The notes under the pieces were generated by a model. It was not told the DNA's origin and did not search any database. It saw only the letters and a program-made list of their open reading frames with translations. Below are positions 13,986 to 26,151 of a stretch of 64,000 nucleotides of DNA, in pieces (the stretch's first letter is position 1; each line of letters starts with the position of its first letter). The position numbers and the translations under genes are program-made. Source of the stretch: the human T2T-CHM13v2.0 reference genome, Homo sapiens; assembly GCF_009914755.1 (NCBI RefSeq), contig NC_060939.1, one strand, 5' to 3'.

Positions 13986-15769
13986 GATACCCAGCTTTTG
14001 AATAACTTGACTGATACCCTGGCTCTTACTTTATAAACAATTACTGAGCATATACTGTGCTAGGCACTGGGATTTCAGAGCTAACCAAAGCTCCAACCCT
14101 AATCTCCACATTCTCAGAATCTAATCAGACAGACTGACAAGGGCACAAATACTAATGATCCGGTGTGGCATGTTCTCTAAGAGAAGTATGTACAAAGAGA
14201 TTGTGTAATGGGTACAGTGAACACGTGAAGACAGCAGGGCAGGCAGTCCATATTCTCTTTCACTAGCAAGGAATCAGAAGCCTAGTGGGGCCGAATGGTC
14301 TAAGACCTCACAGCTTGAACTTTACAGAACTAAGACTTACACTCAGAGCTTCTGACAATCATTTAGATGCCATATGCTTCTGTCAGCTGAAAACAAAGAA
14401 AACAAAGAGTTTGTCCTCTCAGAGGGCAGATCCTCATGCTCTTGGTGACTTTCCTTTGAATTCTGGACACTTTTATTATACCTGTAGGGCAACTGGTAGG
14501 TAAAATTTACAGACTGGGAGTAATCTACATTTTTGCTTTGTGTATCATTGATCTTTTCTTCTTTTTTTCTTTACCTCTTCCTTTTCTGTTTTTGAGTTAG
14601 GAAATGCTAGAGATGAAACCCCAAACTATCTCTTGACAAGAAGTTTTCAAACAGCAATGCAATACGAGAGCAAGATTCTAGGCCAAGAAACATGATAAAA
14701 TTTAAATTCACTATAAGCGTGCTGCAAACTGACTTCCTTCTCAGCCCTTCTCACTTAGAAAACCTCCATGAAGCCTTTGAAGTGAGCCTTGCTTCAGGCT
14801 GCCCCTGTTCCCACCCTCACCTGTTTAAGTCCCTCTATCTGATGCTGAGGCCCATCTAAGTCTACTATTAGTATATCATCGTCCTTCTCTTGCTTCATGG
14901 CTGGGGATTTACGTCTCACATTTTCCTTCAATGTTGTGTTTTTAATGCTCGCTTTTTTGCTGGGTTTGACTCTGACACCTCTGTGAAAATCTCTGACGGG
15001 TGTCCTCTGATCTGGAAATCAGTTTTGTCGCAAAACTGGGGAATCTTCTCAGTTTGGTTTAGGAAAGTAGTAGGGGTCCTTTTCCATTTGCATGAATTTT
15101 ATCAAGGCTTTCCCAGTCGTAAAGTATTGGTAAAGTTTTTATTCATTCATATATTTATTCATCTGTTTCTGCTTTAATTCACTACACAAAAATGTTGAAT
15201 GTCCCAAGCACAGTGCTAGGTACTGAAACTGCTCACGTGAATCGTATATAGACATGGACCTCATGGAGAATTTGGTCTAGAACACTGTTTCTTCAAATGT
15301 GTTCCTCACAACCTAATCTTATAGGGGTTTCTTTAAAAAAATGCATCGGAAAGTGAAGTACTATGTATTAATTATCCCTTTTAAAGATTCTCATTGTACA
15401 TTAGTTGTAAAGGTTTCAAAAAGTCTGATAGAAATATCTCTTTGTTTAACCCAGTCTTTGCCAAATGTATTTAGCCAAGAGAGACCCCGTCCCACCCCCT
15501 TTTTTAGTAGTTCATATTAAAATCCTTCAGACTCAAGTTCTGGGGAAAAATTAAGAACGCAGATACAGTGAATGATTTTCCTTTGAGACCCTTCCTGGGA
15601 GAGGGCCCCCAGGGATTCTGCATCTCTGGGCACTTTCTCCCTGTTCAATTGTGGATCCCAGCACTGGCCAGATGGAGCTTCATTTACTATCCCTATTCAA
15701 ATAATATAACTGAATCATTAAAAAAATGATGTGGTGACCACAGGATTAGGCTTTTTCATGTAGTGGGCA

Positions 15770-15980
15770 GTGTGGCAACTGCCTTACATACATCATCTCC
15801 TTTGACCCTTCAACCAGTCTTCTGAGATAGATTTTAGGATTTCCATTTTACAGATGAGAAACCTAGAGATTACAGTGGTTAAGTAAATTTTCAAGGACAC
15901 TCAACTAATAAATTGTGGAGACAAATACTGAACTCAGTCCTGTCTCATTCCAAAGCCCAAGCCCATTGTCATTAAGCCAC
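15770..15980 (-). mobile_element. MIR SINE
   Basis: ttccattttacagatgagaaacctagag..gtggttaagtaaattttcaagg. Confidence 0.7.
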
Positions 15981-16173
15981 GGTTTCCCAAAGTGAGCTAC
16001 TTAAGCTGACTTTAATAGAATAATGAACATTTTAAACATATGTTCATTATAGTGAATATTAGAAACAAGTACACTTAACTTGTAATAAGACGTTTTCTTT
16101 TGAAATAAAATTTGTTTCAGTAATAAAAATCAGTAGATTTAAATAATAATAATAATAAAGGTCTGTTGATACA

Positions 16174-16782
16174 TGTATTAGTCCATTCTCATGATGCTAA
16201 TAAGACATCCCCAAGACTGGGTAATTTATAAAAGAAAGAGGTTTAATTGACTCACAGTTCAGCATGGCTGGGGAGGCCTCAGGAAACTTATGATCACGGC
16301 AGAAGGGGAAGCAAACAAGTCCTTCTTCACATGGCAGCAGGAGAGGGAAGCATGAGAGCCAGGCAGAGGGAGAAATCCCTTATAAAACCATCAGATCTTG
16401 GGAGAACTTACTCACTGTAATAGTCTGTTCTCACGCTGTTAATAAGACATCCCCAAGACTGAGTAATTTATAAAGGAAAGAGGTTTGATCAACTCACAGT
16501 TCCACATGGCCGGGGAGGCCTCACAATCATGGCAGAAGGTGAAGGAAAACCAAAGGCACATCTTACATGGCAGCAGGCAAGAAGAATGATAGCCAAATGA
16601 AAGGGGAAACCCCTTATAAAAACATCAGCTCTCATGAGACTTATTCACTACTATGAGAACCGTATGGGGGAACTGCCCCCGTGATTCAGTTATCTTCCAC
16701 TGGGTCCTTCCCACAATAGGGGGAATTATGGGAGCTACAATTCAAGATGAAATTTGGGTGGGGACAGAGCCAAACCATATCA
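16174..16782 (-). mobile_element. composite THE1 (MaLR) LTR: partial copy 16174-16415 plus full copy 16416-16782
   Basis: tgtattagtccattctca.. restarts as tgtaatagtctgttctca..; ends gggtggggacagagccaaaccatatca; single TSD ATACA at 16169-16173 and 16783-16787. Confidence 0.88.
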
Positions 16783-19364
16783 ATACAACAAAGACTGTGA
16801 AGGTGATGCTACAAAATAAAGGGGAGAAAGAGGTGTTACTTGACTGAATGCATTTGGAAAAGGCTGCGTTAAACAAAGATAAATATTTTTATAGGCCAGA
16901 CTTTTAAGTTGTGAACACATTTGAAGGAACAGTGTTCTATACCAAATTCTCCATGAGGCCAAAGTCTATGATATATATGATTCACTTCAGCAGTTTCAGA
17001 ACCTAACACAGCACTTGGCAGAAGTTTGGGAAGCACTAACCTAAGTCTAATTTCTTCCTAATAGTCTTGTTCTTGCTATTCCTGATATAACCTTAAGAGT
17101 CTACAGACCCAGGTCCTCTGCTGACTTCACTTCCGGGTAGTTTTCCTGGAGCTGGGGATGAAGGACTCTAAAGTCCATATTCATGGTTCCTCTCACATTG
17201 GGTTAAGGGCCCTTGGGAGTCCACAGATGAGGTCCCTCAGGGCCAGACAGTTCTCCTCACACTGTGGGGTAAGGGCCCCCAGGAGTCATAAAGACAAGCC
17301 CAGGGATTCCATAACATTTTCTTAATTTTGTATATTCATTTTCAATACAATACTTAAAAGTATTTTTGTGTATTATAAATTATTTCATTTATATTACAAA
17401 TAAAAATCTGTCTTTTGCATTGGTAATTATCATTCAAAAGATTTTTTAATTGTTTTCATTTCTTTAGTTTCTCTTTAATTGATATTTCCCTTTATTAAAC
17501 TTTAAAAGTGGAGACAATGTATAATGTACTATGTAGATATATTATTGTGAGTCATTATTCATTAAAATACAAAGATGGTAAGATATTTTTTTCTCCAAGG
17601 ATGAAGATAAAGGAAAGAATAACTATAATATAAGTTCCCTTTAGGGGAGAACTTGAAGAGGTACAAAATGGTAAGAAAGTATAGGAGAGAGAGAAAACTC
17701 AAATAAGAGTCATTTGAAAAGCTCTGTTGAGTAGACACATTCCAACTTCTCTGTGATCTCTAAAGTGCAGGGTGAGGGAATTCCCTAGTGTAACCAATTT
17801 CAGTAGCGAGTAAAGAAGAACCTTGAGATTGGAGTCAGCTGAGGTTCCCAAGAGGAAAATTAGTTTACTTGAACCACGGGGAGCTCATTGAGATGGTCCA
17901 ATCTGAGACATCCTGTGTTGTAGAGAGTCAGAACCCACAGGGGTTAAGATCGTGGTGGAGGTTTTGAGAGGATACACACCCAGGAATGAGGGGATAACTC
18001 GACATTGAGTTTCAGACTTAAGTATCTAACTGTCAAATTGACTCCTCTGTTGCGTATTAATAGGCATCCTTGTAGGAATGACAGCAGAAGGGCAGAAACC
18101 ACCCACGTGAGGAAGCACGGTAAGTGTATTGGTCTAATTCTAGCCACAATAAAGGGGAAAGCAGTTGATCATTTGTGTGACAAACTGCAGTGGAAGCCAG
18201 AAACAGATCTGGATGAAATGAGAGCCAGAGCCTAAATTAAAATGCTTACTGCTGAACTCCATAGCAGGAGGGAAACTCAAAGTCCAGGGTAGGCAGGAAA
18301 GCAGTTATTTGTGTATTCAAATATCATAGCCTCTTTTTCATTAGTGCTTTGATTGTTCTAGCCTTTTCGTCTCTGGTCAAGGGGCTGTGACACACTTAGT
18401 GCCTGTTGAAGAACAACAGAAACAGATGCACAGCTGAAATATGGGCCAGCCCCTCTTTTTACATCACTTAGTAGCTACAGAGCAAAACTATAATTTAATA
18501 AAAGGACACTGGACTCCAGCTTGAGCTCTGACATAGTTTCATATGGGGATTCAGGTAGAGGTGTATTTGTGAGCTTCTGACACCTTCCAGAAGGTCAAAT
18601 CACACAATTAAAATATTCTATTGCAAATGATGCATGGGTTTCAAAACTATTAATATATTTGCAAGACAAAACAAGGCTGCAAGTAATTACTTGTGTACTC
18701 TTTAATTTGTTGCATCCTACCTCCTCCTAAAAGCATTTACAGAAGCTTCCTTCTCTGAAGCTTGGCCCTCAGTCCTCTTCTCCATCTTCTCCACTTTTCT
18801 CCATAGGTGCTGCATTTACTTATTGCTCTAACTATCACCTATATGCCAATGACATCCACATTTGTATTTCTAGCCCAGACATTTCTACTATGCTCTAGAC
18901 TTGTATGTTCAACAGCCTAGCTGATTTCTCCACTTGGATAGCCGGCAAACATTTCAACCTTTAAAATATGGTCGAATAGAATTCTTAACTTTCCCTCCCA
19001 AGCCTGGTTTGTTGTTCTGCCTTGAATCTTCTCATTTCCATGAATGGCACTACCATACACTCACCTCCTCAAGTTGAATACCTAAATTCACCTTTTTCCT
19101 TTACTTATACATTGAATTTATCAGCAAATTCTGTCCAACTACAAATATATCTCAAGTCTGTCCAATTTCTTTATTTTCACTGCCACTACACTTGTCCTAG
19201 ACTGCACCATCTCGCATCTCTGGGTAACTACAGTGGCCTTCAACAATGACCTGCTTCTCGCTTTTGCTCCCCTTTAGTGCTTTCTCCATACAGCAGCCAG
19301 AGGGATCTTTTAAAACTGTAAGTCCATGTCACATTTAAAATCTTCCAGTGCCTCCCCATCTCAT

Positions 19365-20120
19365 ATGAGCCAGTAAGAAAAGGCTACATTCTACACGATC
19401 CCATATGATTCCAACTCTATGACAGGGGTCCTCAAGCCCTGAGCCAGGGACCGGTACCAGTCTGTGGCCTGTTAGGAACTGGGCCACACAGCAGAAGGTG
19501 AGTGGTGGGTGAGCCAGCATTACCGCCTGAGCTCCACCTCCTGTCAGATCAGTGGCAGCATTAGATTCTCTTGGAGCATGAACCCTATTGTGAACTGTGC
19601 ATTTGAGGGATCTGGGTTGCATGTTCCTTATGAGAATCTAATGCTTGATGGTCTGAGGTGGAACAGTTTCATCCCCCCACACCCCCATTCATGGAAAAAT
19701 TGTTTTCCACAAAACTGGCCCCTGGTGCCAAAAAGGTAGGCAAACCTGTGGAGACAGTAAAAAGATAAGTGGTTTCCAGGCATTAGGGAGAAGGGAAGGA
19801 GGGATGAATAGGCGGGACACAGAGGACTTTTTGGGCAGTGACTCTGTGTGATACCATAATTGTAGATATGTGTCATCATACCGCTGTCAACATCCACAGA
19901 ATGTGCAACACACAGAGTGAACCCTCATGTAAACAAACAACTTTCGTTTAATCATAATGTATGTATATTGGTTCATCAGTTGCAATGAATGCATGACATT
20001 AATGCAAGATGTTCATCACGGGGAGACTGTGTGTGGGGAGAGAGGGGGTATATGAGAGCTCTGTACTTTCTGTTCAATTTTTCTGTAAACTTAAAACTGC
20101 TCTAAAAATAAAGTGTGTTA
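19365..20120 (+). mobile_element. L1MC-like 3' UTR fragment
   Basis: atgattccaact..ggagacagtaaaaagat..gtgaaccctcatgtaaac..ctctgtactttctgttcaatttttctgtaaacttaaaactgctctaaaaataaag. Confidence 0.8.
19423..19740 (+). mobile_element. MER1B (hAT-Charlie MITE) nested in the L1MC
   Basis: caggggtc..gaccggtacc..tggcctgttaggaactgggccacacagcag..ctccacctcctgtcagatcagtggcagcattagattctc..ccctggtgccaaaaagg. Confidence 0.9.
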
Positions 20121-20958
20121 AATAGAAATCTGCCTTCCTAACCATGTCCTGAGAAACTCGAAGTGCTCTGACCTCTGGCTTCTTCTTTGACTTCCGCTGT
20201 CACCTGCTCTTGCTTGCTCATACTGACTGTTGGTATCTCACAGGCTCCATGCTCTTTTCCAGCTCAGGGCCTCGGCACTTACTGTGCCCTCTGCCTGGAA
20301 CGTTCTGCCCCCAGATGCTTACCGAGCACCTCTCTCTTCCTGTTGCTCAGGTCTCTGTTTTGTGTCACCTCCACTCCGATGACCATTCACACCAGTGTCC
20401 CTTGCTGCCTGCCCTGCCACTGCCATTGCTTCATCCTGTCTTGCTACCTTCTCAGCATGCATTATTGTTCAAAAGTATCTTGTTTATTTATCTTTGCTTC
20501 ATCTCTGGCACAGATTCTGGCATATCATAGCTTCTTCATATGAGGTGTTGAACTCGGGGCATTGGAAATAAAATAAAATTTTAGATATGATTTCTTGTAG
20601 GTAATCATGAAAATGGCACAGGTACATGTACTATTTATGTCTGTATTTCTGTCACATCAAATGACTCTGATCCACGTCACTGTGAGGGTAGAGACCAAAC
20701 TAGTATCATCCACTCAGAATAAATCCCTGGTGTCCAACATTACGCTTGGTGCATTATAGGTGTTCAGTAATTATCTGATGAAAGAATAAATGAAAAATAA
20801 ATGAATGAAAGGCATACAAAACAATATTATCTCTTCTCACCCATGATTTCACTAAAGTCAGTTTTTAAATGTCAAATTTCAGAAAAGGTGAAGGCAACTT
20901 AGTTGTATTTTTAAACACTTATTTGATTCAATAGAAGCACACTCAAGACATTTTATAA

Positions 20959-22290
20959 TTAATAGTATAGACATGTTTCTCTCCATTGTACCTCCACCCA
21001 GTCAGTCACCCAGTCTGGTAGATCTTGCCCCCTTAATGTATCTGTGCACAACCCTCTACTTAAATCTCTGCCTTAGCTCAAATACTTAGGACTTCTATCG
21101 GGGTGATTGGTAGACACAAAAGTGCACTGGCGTGAAAACAGTAGCCTGCTTCCTTGTATAACTATGATACACATACACATGTTTCCTTATATAGAGACGT
21201 TCATTTCCAATATCTAGGACTAAGTGTGAGTGGCCTGGCACATATCCAAATGCCTCCTCATCCTTAGTAGTCTGACAGCATTCTGGGGATGGCAGCTATA
21301 GTGTATCCTATCTGTTTTGACTTATGTAGTTCAATACCTATCTCTGTCCCTACCAGGTGCTTCTGCGGTAGGGCAAAGCTTGGACCTGGGCATTTAGCAA
21401 AATTTCTTCCACTAACTTGGATTGATATGCTTCATTGATATGCTTCATTGCTGTAAGAGAGTGAAAGACCATTCTCTCTCTTGACTACCATGCCACCAAA
21501 AGAGTGTGAAAATGCCCATGAATTTAACTAATTTAGCCCTAGTTAGCCAATCAATGAATGCTTTTGAGTGTGTATTCACTCTCTTACTTGAATCTCTGTG
21601 CTTCAGCCTCTTGTTGTGGCCATAATCCCTCTAGGCCAGTTGCTGATTCAAAGGGCCAATCATCTTAGACGGTTCCACAGTAAAGACTTTAAGTTTTTCT
21701 ACAAGACCAGACTGAAAGAGCTCTTTTCCAGCTGACTTGGTTTTATTAGCCACAATAACAGCCAGTCAATGAGCTATCTATGAACACGCATGCATGGTTG
21801 ATCCAATTCAGTTGTTAAGGTGCCTGCAATAACATCAATCCCATTGATTGCTTTGCCATTAATGGCAATCAGCCCTTATGATGACTGGCCAAAAAAACCT
21901 ATTTGATTAGGAAATTATCAATAGAATCATAATCATGCCTTATAGATATGTCCTAGTGGGTATTAGGGGACCTTTCCTTTCCTTAACTCCAAAAAGTGAG
22001 TCTTCTTGATCGAATTATAATCAGAATTCGAATCTTGATTCGAATTATAATCAGAAAATGGCACGTGTGATTTTCTGAAGGGGGAAGAGGGTGTTGTGAC
22101 TTTAGTACCAACAATTCTTTTCTTAGTGAGCATATGTGATGCTCCTTCTTTGATCATAGCCAAAAGGGCTCTCCCTAGTTTTAATCCTTATAATTGCTGT
22201 GAACTCACTATAGTCACTTCATTCTTCACAGAGACCTGTTCTCCCAAATTCAGAGATGGTGGCAATGGCACTTGGGCTATTCCATAGTTT
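20959..22290 (-). pseudogene. Endogenous bornavirus-like nucleoprotein element (EBLN), decayed and near full length
   Basis: Hand translation across frames vs recalled BoDV-1 N, colinear: IKEGASHMLTKKRIVGTKVTTPS / [23 protein letters not shown] (22154-22086); TLTT..IGSTMHACS*I..LAVIVANKTKSAG / [32 protein letters not shown] (21821-21727); KMIGPLNQ / TMMAALNR; AFIDWL / EAIDWI (~21561-21544); VLNYISQNR*DTL*LP / IKEYLAECMDATLTIP (21337-21290); LTLSPR / IKLAPR (~21230); STNHPDRSPK / STIQPGASVK (21114-21085); RDLSRGLCTDTLRG / REISRGEDGAELSG (21069-21028). Confidence 0.82.
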
Positions 22291-22406
22291 TAACAACTAC
22301 ACTAAATTGGACACACATAAGCTGATTAATGCAAGCTAATTGTCCACAATTTGTTTTTTCTTTATTTTGCTTCGAGTAGCAATTTTGTAGTTATCTGTCT
22401 GTTTAA

Positions 22407-22505
22407 CCATCCATCCATCCATCTATTCATCCATCCATAAACACACACACACACAGACACACACACATATATACACATATGTATTCAAAATATCTGTGTG
22501 TGTGT
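22407..22505. repeat. (CCAT)n, (AC)n and (TG)n microsatellites
   Basis: direct reading. Confidence 0.9.
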
Positions 22506-22599
22506 TTTGTATTCTTTGTATTTATCTGGTTGCATTAATTAATTTCTTGTTTGAGTAGAAATGAGCAAATATGGTCCACTACCCAATCAGAGAGGGGGA

Positions 22600-23720
22600 A
22601 AGTATTTTATACCAGAAGTTCCAAAATATACTTCATATTATTTTTGGAAATAGGTGGGAACTAAATTATACATTTTTTAAGAACAAAAGGGTTTCAAAAT
22701 CTGAAATTACATTGCAACATCAAATTCACAGAAAAATATAGGAGAAAGCCATACAAAAAGCAATTTGTATGAAAAAGAAAATTTTTATATAATGAGAGTT
22801 GCAGACTAAGTACAGAAAGCATGAAAATGAAAACATGTGAAGTAAAAACATTTAAAAGCATTGAAGTACAAATACATAAATGATTTCCTTACTTGCAAAA
22901 CAAAAACTAATGTATTACATCAGTAATATACATATTTTCAGATAATATATTTTTCCAATTTGGGTTTTGCGGTTATAGAGAATTTTAATCAGATTGTGTA
23001 GAGTGAAGAAAGCAGAGGAGCCCATGTAAATTGTACTTAGTCTTTTTCATTAGAGGATGTGTCATTGACAAATCCAGGTTCAGAGCACAGCTATTCCCAA
23101 CCCTGGTGGTCTCCGTGCATTTCTCTTGATCCTCTGCAAGGAAGATTATTTCTATATGAGGGTTTTGATTTCTGCTTAACTAGCAGAGGTGCAGGACTTC
23201 ATTTCATTGACAGCTGTTCAAGTGTGCTTCATCTTTTGGCCAGGACTGAGAAACTTTTTAAAAAAGTTCTTCCCTGTTGTATTTTCTAAGACTAGATTAT
23301 ATAGTATCAAGTAAACTCAACAAAACTAAAGAGCAACTGTGATGCCATGAACATGATCTGATCAAACTTAATGACTAAAATTACATGACAACTTCTTAAT
23401 GAACCAACTGAGTTAAAGTTGGCCACAGAGATGCAATTCAGATGCTTGATGAAATGCTAAACATCTTATGTCATTGTGGGGGTGACAAACGCTGGTGCTG
23501 TCATCAGATAACATTTATATGGGGAAAAAATAACTCGTTTGACTAGACCCCTTTTTCTTTTGAAAAGTCAAATAACATTTAAGTGGCAACTGATATTTAT
23601 AGTCTTCAGAATATAGAATGTTGGTTAAGTAAAAGAAGGGCTCCATTGTGCTCTGTAATTGTGAATAGCAACAGGCTCTGGAACACTTAGGCAAAAATTA
23701 AGATGGCCATGCCATTGTAG
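22600..23720 (-). mobile_element. ancient hAT/Charlie-type transposase remnant
   Basis: minus-strand fragments resembling hAT motifs in the expected order (TDG-like DDST, C..HQ, LIRS..HH, RG..L.KF-like REELFKKF); heavily decayed. Confidence 0.45.
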
Positions 23721-24293
23721 CAATAGCTTTGCTTTTGCTCCAGCTAAAACCAACATCCGAACTCCTCTATCCTTTTATCTTCTTTCCATTTGGTCTTAAA
23801 TTTTTACTTACTGACTCCATGATCCTGGGCTTAACAATTTACTTCCTCTGGAACTCAGTTTTCTCATCTGGATAACAAAAATTTGAGGCTTGCTCAGTGA
23901 ATGCTCTCTAATTTAAATAAATTTTTAAAGTAAACGTTACCCAACTTTGGTATCATATTTTAATTAACAACTTGCTTCATACATTCCTTATGCCTGTTTA
24001 GAAGACACCAGTATTTTGTGTCTATAATAAGAAAATGCAGTGTCCCAGCAATGAAAATTAATAAATTGCTGTTACAAGTAATGGATCTCACATAGTACTG
24101 CAAAAGAAACAGATCCAAAAGAATAAATATGGCATGATTCCATTCATATAAAATTGAAAAACAGGCAAAATTGATATACCATGGAAGAAATTTGATTAGT
24201 AGCTCCATTTGTTGGGGGAATTATGACTGGGAGGGATGTAAGAAGGGTTTCTGGGGTTCTGGTACAGTTCTGTTTCTTTATCTGGGTGGAGAC

Positions 24294-24728
24294 TTTCATG
24301 CGCGTCCATGTGAAAAGACCACCAAACAGGCTTTGTGTGAGCAACATGGCTGTTTATTTCACCTGGATGCAGGCAGGCTGAGTGCAAAAAGAGAGTCAGC
24401 GAAGGGAGATAGGGGTGGGGCCATTTTATAGGATTTGGGAAGGTAATGGAAAATTACAGTCAAAGGGGGTTGTTCTCTGGTGGGCAGGGGTGGGGGACAC
24501 AAAGGTGCTCAGTGGGGGAGCTTCTGAGCCAGGAGAAGGAAATTCACAGGGTTAATCCCTCAGTTAAGGTGGGGCAGGAACAAATCACAATGGTGCAATG
24601 TCATCAGTTAAGGCGGGGCAGGGCTTTTTCACTTCTTTTGTGGATCTTCAGTTACTTCAGGCCATCTGGATGTATACATGCAAGTCACAGGGGATGCGAT
24701 GGCTTGGCTTGGGCTCAGAGGCCTGACA
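24294..24728 (-). mobile_element. LTR7 (3' LTR)
   Basis: minus strand tgtcaggcctctgagcccaagccaagccatcgc...gcgcatgaaa; TATAAAA at 24424-24430, AATAAA at 24353-24358; preceded by PPT aagaaggcaggaa. Confidence 0.96.
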
Positions 24729-26151
24729 TTCCTGCCTTCTTATATTAATAAGAAAAATAAAACAAAATAGTGTTGAAGTCTTGAGGCGGCGAAAATTTTT
24801 GGGGGTGGTATGGAGAGAGAATGGGCGATGTTTCTCAGGGCTGCTTCGAGCGGGATTAGGGGCGGCGTGGGAACCTAGAGTGGGAGAGATTAAGCTGAAG
24901 AAAGATCTTGTGGTAAGGGGTGATATTGTGGGGTTGTTAGAAGAAACATTTGTCATATAGAATGATTGCTGATGGCCTGGATACGGTTTTGTTTGAATTG
25001 AAAAACTAAATGGAATAAGAGAAGGAGAAAAACAGGTATAAAAGGTCTTAAGAATTGGGAGGACCTAGGACATCTGATTAGAGGTGCCTAAGGAAATTCA
25101 GCATAGTCCTGCCAGCAAAGATTATTTATTTACTTCAAGAGTTTAGAGTGGCAGTTTGGGGATAGCACCAGAAGATATCAGCTGTGATGGCTTGGAGAAA
25201 CAGTGTAAACCAGCAGGGTAAACAAGAGCAGGGCATGTATGAGTAGTTGAGAATGGTGAATAGGAGTATGACTAGACAAAAGATAGTAGGGATGACAAGT
25301 TTTTTTGGGGCACAGTCTAAGTTGGTCTGGTGTTGAATGAGACTGGGGCCTAATAAAAAGGAGCGTCTATACAGGAGCTTAAATGGGCTGTACCTTGTAG
25401 CATTCTGAGGACAGGCCTGAATTCTGAGAAGCGAAAGTGGTAAAAGTATTGTCCAGTCCTTTTTAAGTTGGTGGCTGAGCTTGGTGAGGTGTGTTTTTAA
25501 AAGACCTTTAGTCCGTTCTACTTTTCTTGAAGATGGAGGACCATAAAGGATATAAAGGTTTCACTGAATACTAAGAGCCTGAAAAACTGCTTGGCTGATT
25601 TGACTAATAAAGGCTGGTCTGTTATCAGACTGTATAGAGGTGGGAAGGCTAAACTGAGGAATTATGTCTGACAGAATGGAAGAAATGACTGTGGTGGCCT
25701 TCTCAGACCCTATAGGAAAGGCCTCTACCTATCCAGTGAAAGAGTCTACCTAGACTAAGAAGTATTTTAGTTATCTGACTCAGGACATGTTGAGTAAAGC
25801 TAATTTGGCAGTCCTGGGTGGGGGCAAATCCTCGAGCTTGATGTATAGGGAAGGGAGGGGGCCTGAATAATCCCTGAGGAGTAGTAGAATAGCAGATGGA
25901 ACACAGAGAAGTTATTTCCTTGAGGATAGATTTCCACGATGGAAAGGAAATGAGAGTTTCTGAGAGGCAGGCTAGTGGCTTGTACTATAGCATAGCCTGC
26001 CTTTGCTGGTGTGTGGCGATTAGGCCTGGTGGAACTGCCATCAATAAATCAAGCGTGATCAGGGTGAGGAACAGGAAAGAAGGAAATATGGGGAAATGGG
26101 GTGAATATCAGATGGATCAGAGAGATAAAGTCATGGGGGTCAGGTGTGGTA

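Larger units (their letters stand above)
18745..20810 (+). mobile_element. L2 LINE remnant (RT region to 3' end), interrupted by L1MC/MER1B at ~19365-20120
   Basis: cacctatatgccaatgac = HLYAND (YADD motif); tctagcccagac..ctccacttggat; tgccctctgcctggaac; 3' tail gaataaatgaaaaataaatgaatgaa. Confidence 0.75.

Noticed and set aside
21240-21310. HYSCHPQNAVRLLRM read as a retroviral integrase YHPQS motif
   Set aside because: No D,D(35)E context; another frame at the same place fits the colinear bornavirus N alignment better.
20959-22290. EBLN as an intact protein-coding gene, or as EBLN1/EBLN2 itself
   Set aside because: Multiple stops and frameshifts; far more diverged from BoDV N than EBLN1/2, which retain long ORFs.
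24730-25400. Possible HERV-H env ORF
   Set aside because: Only a short non-coding remnant; no long minus-strand ORF.
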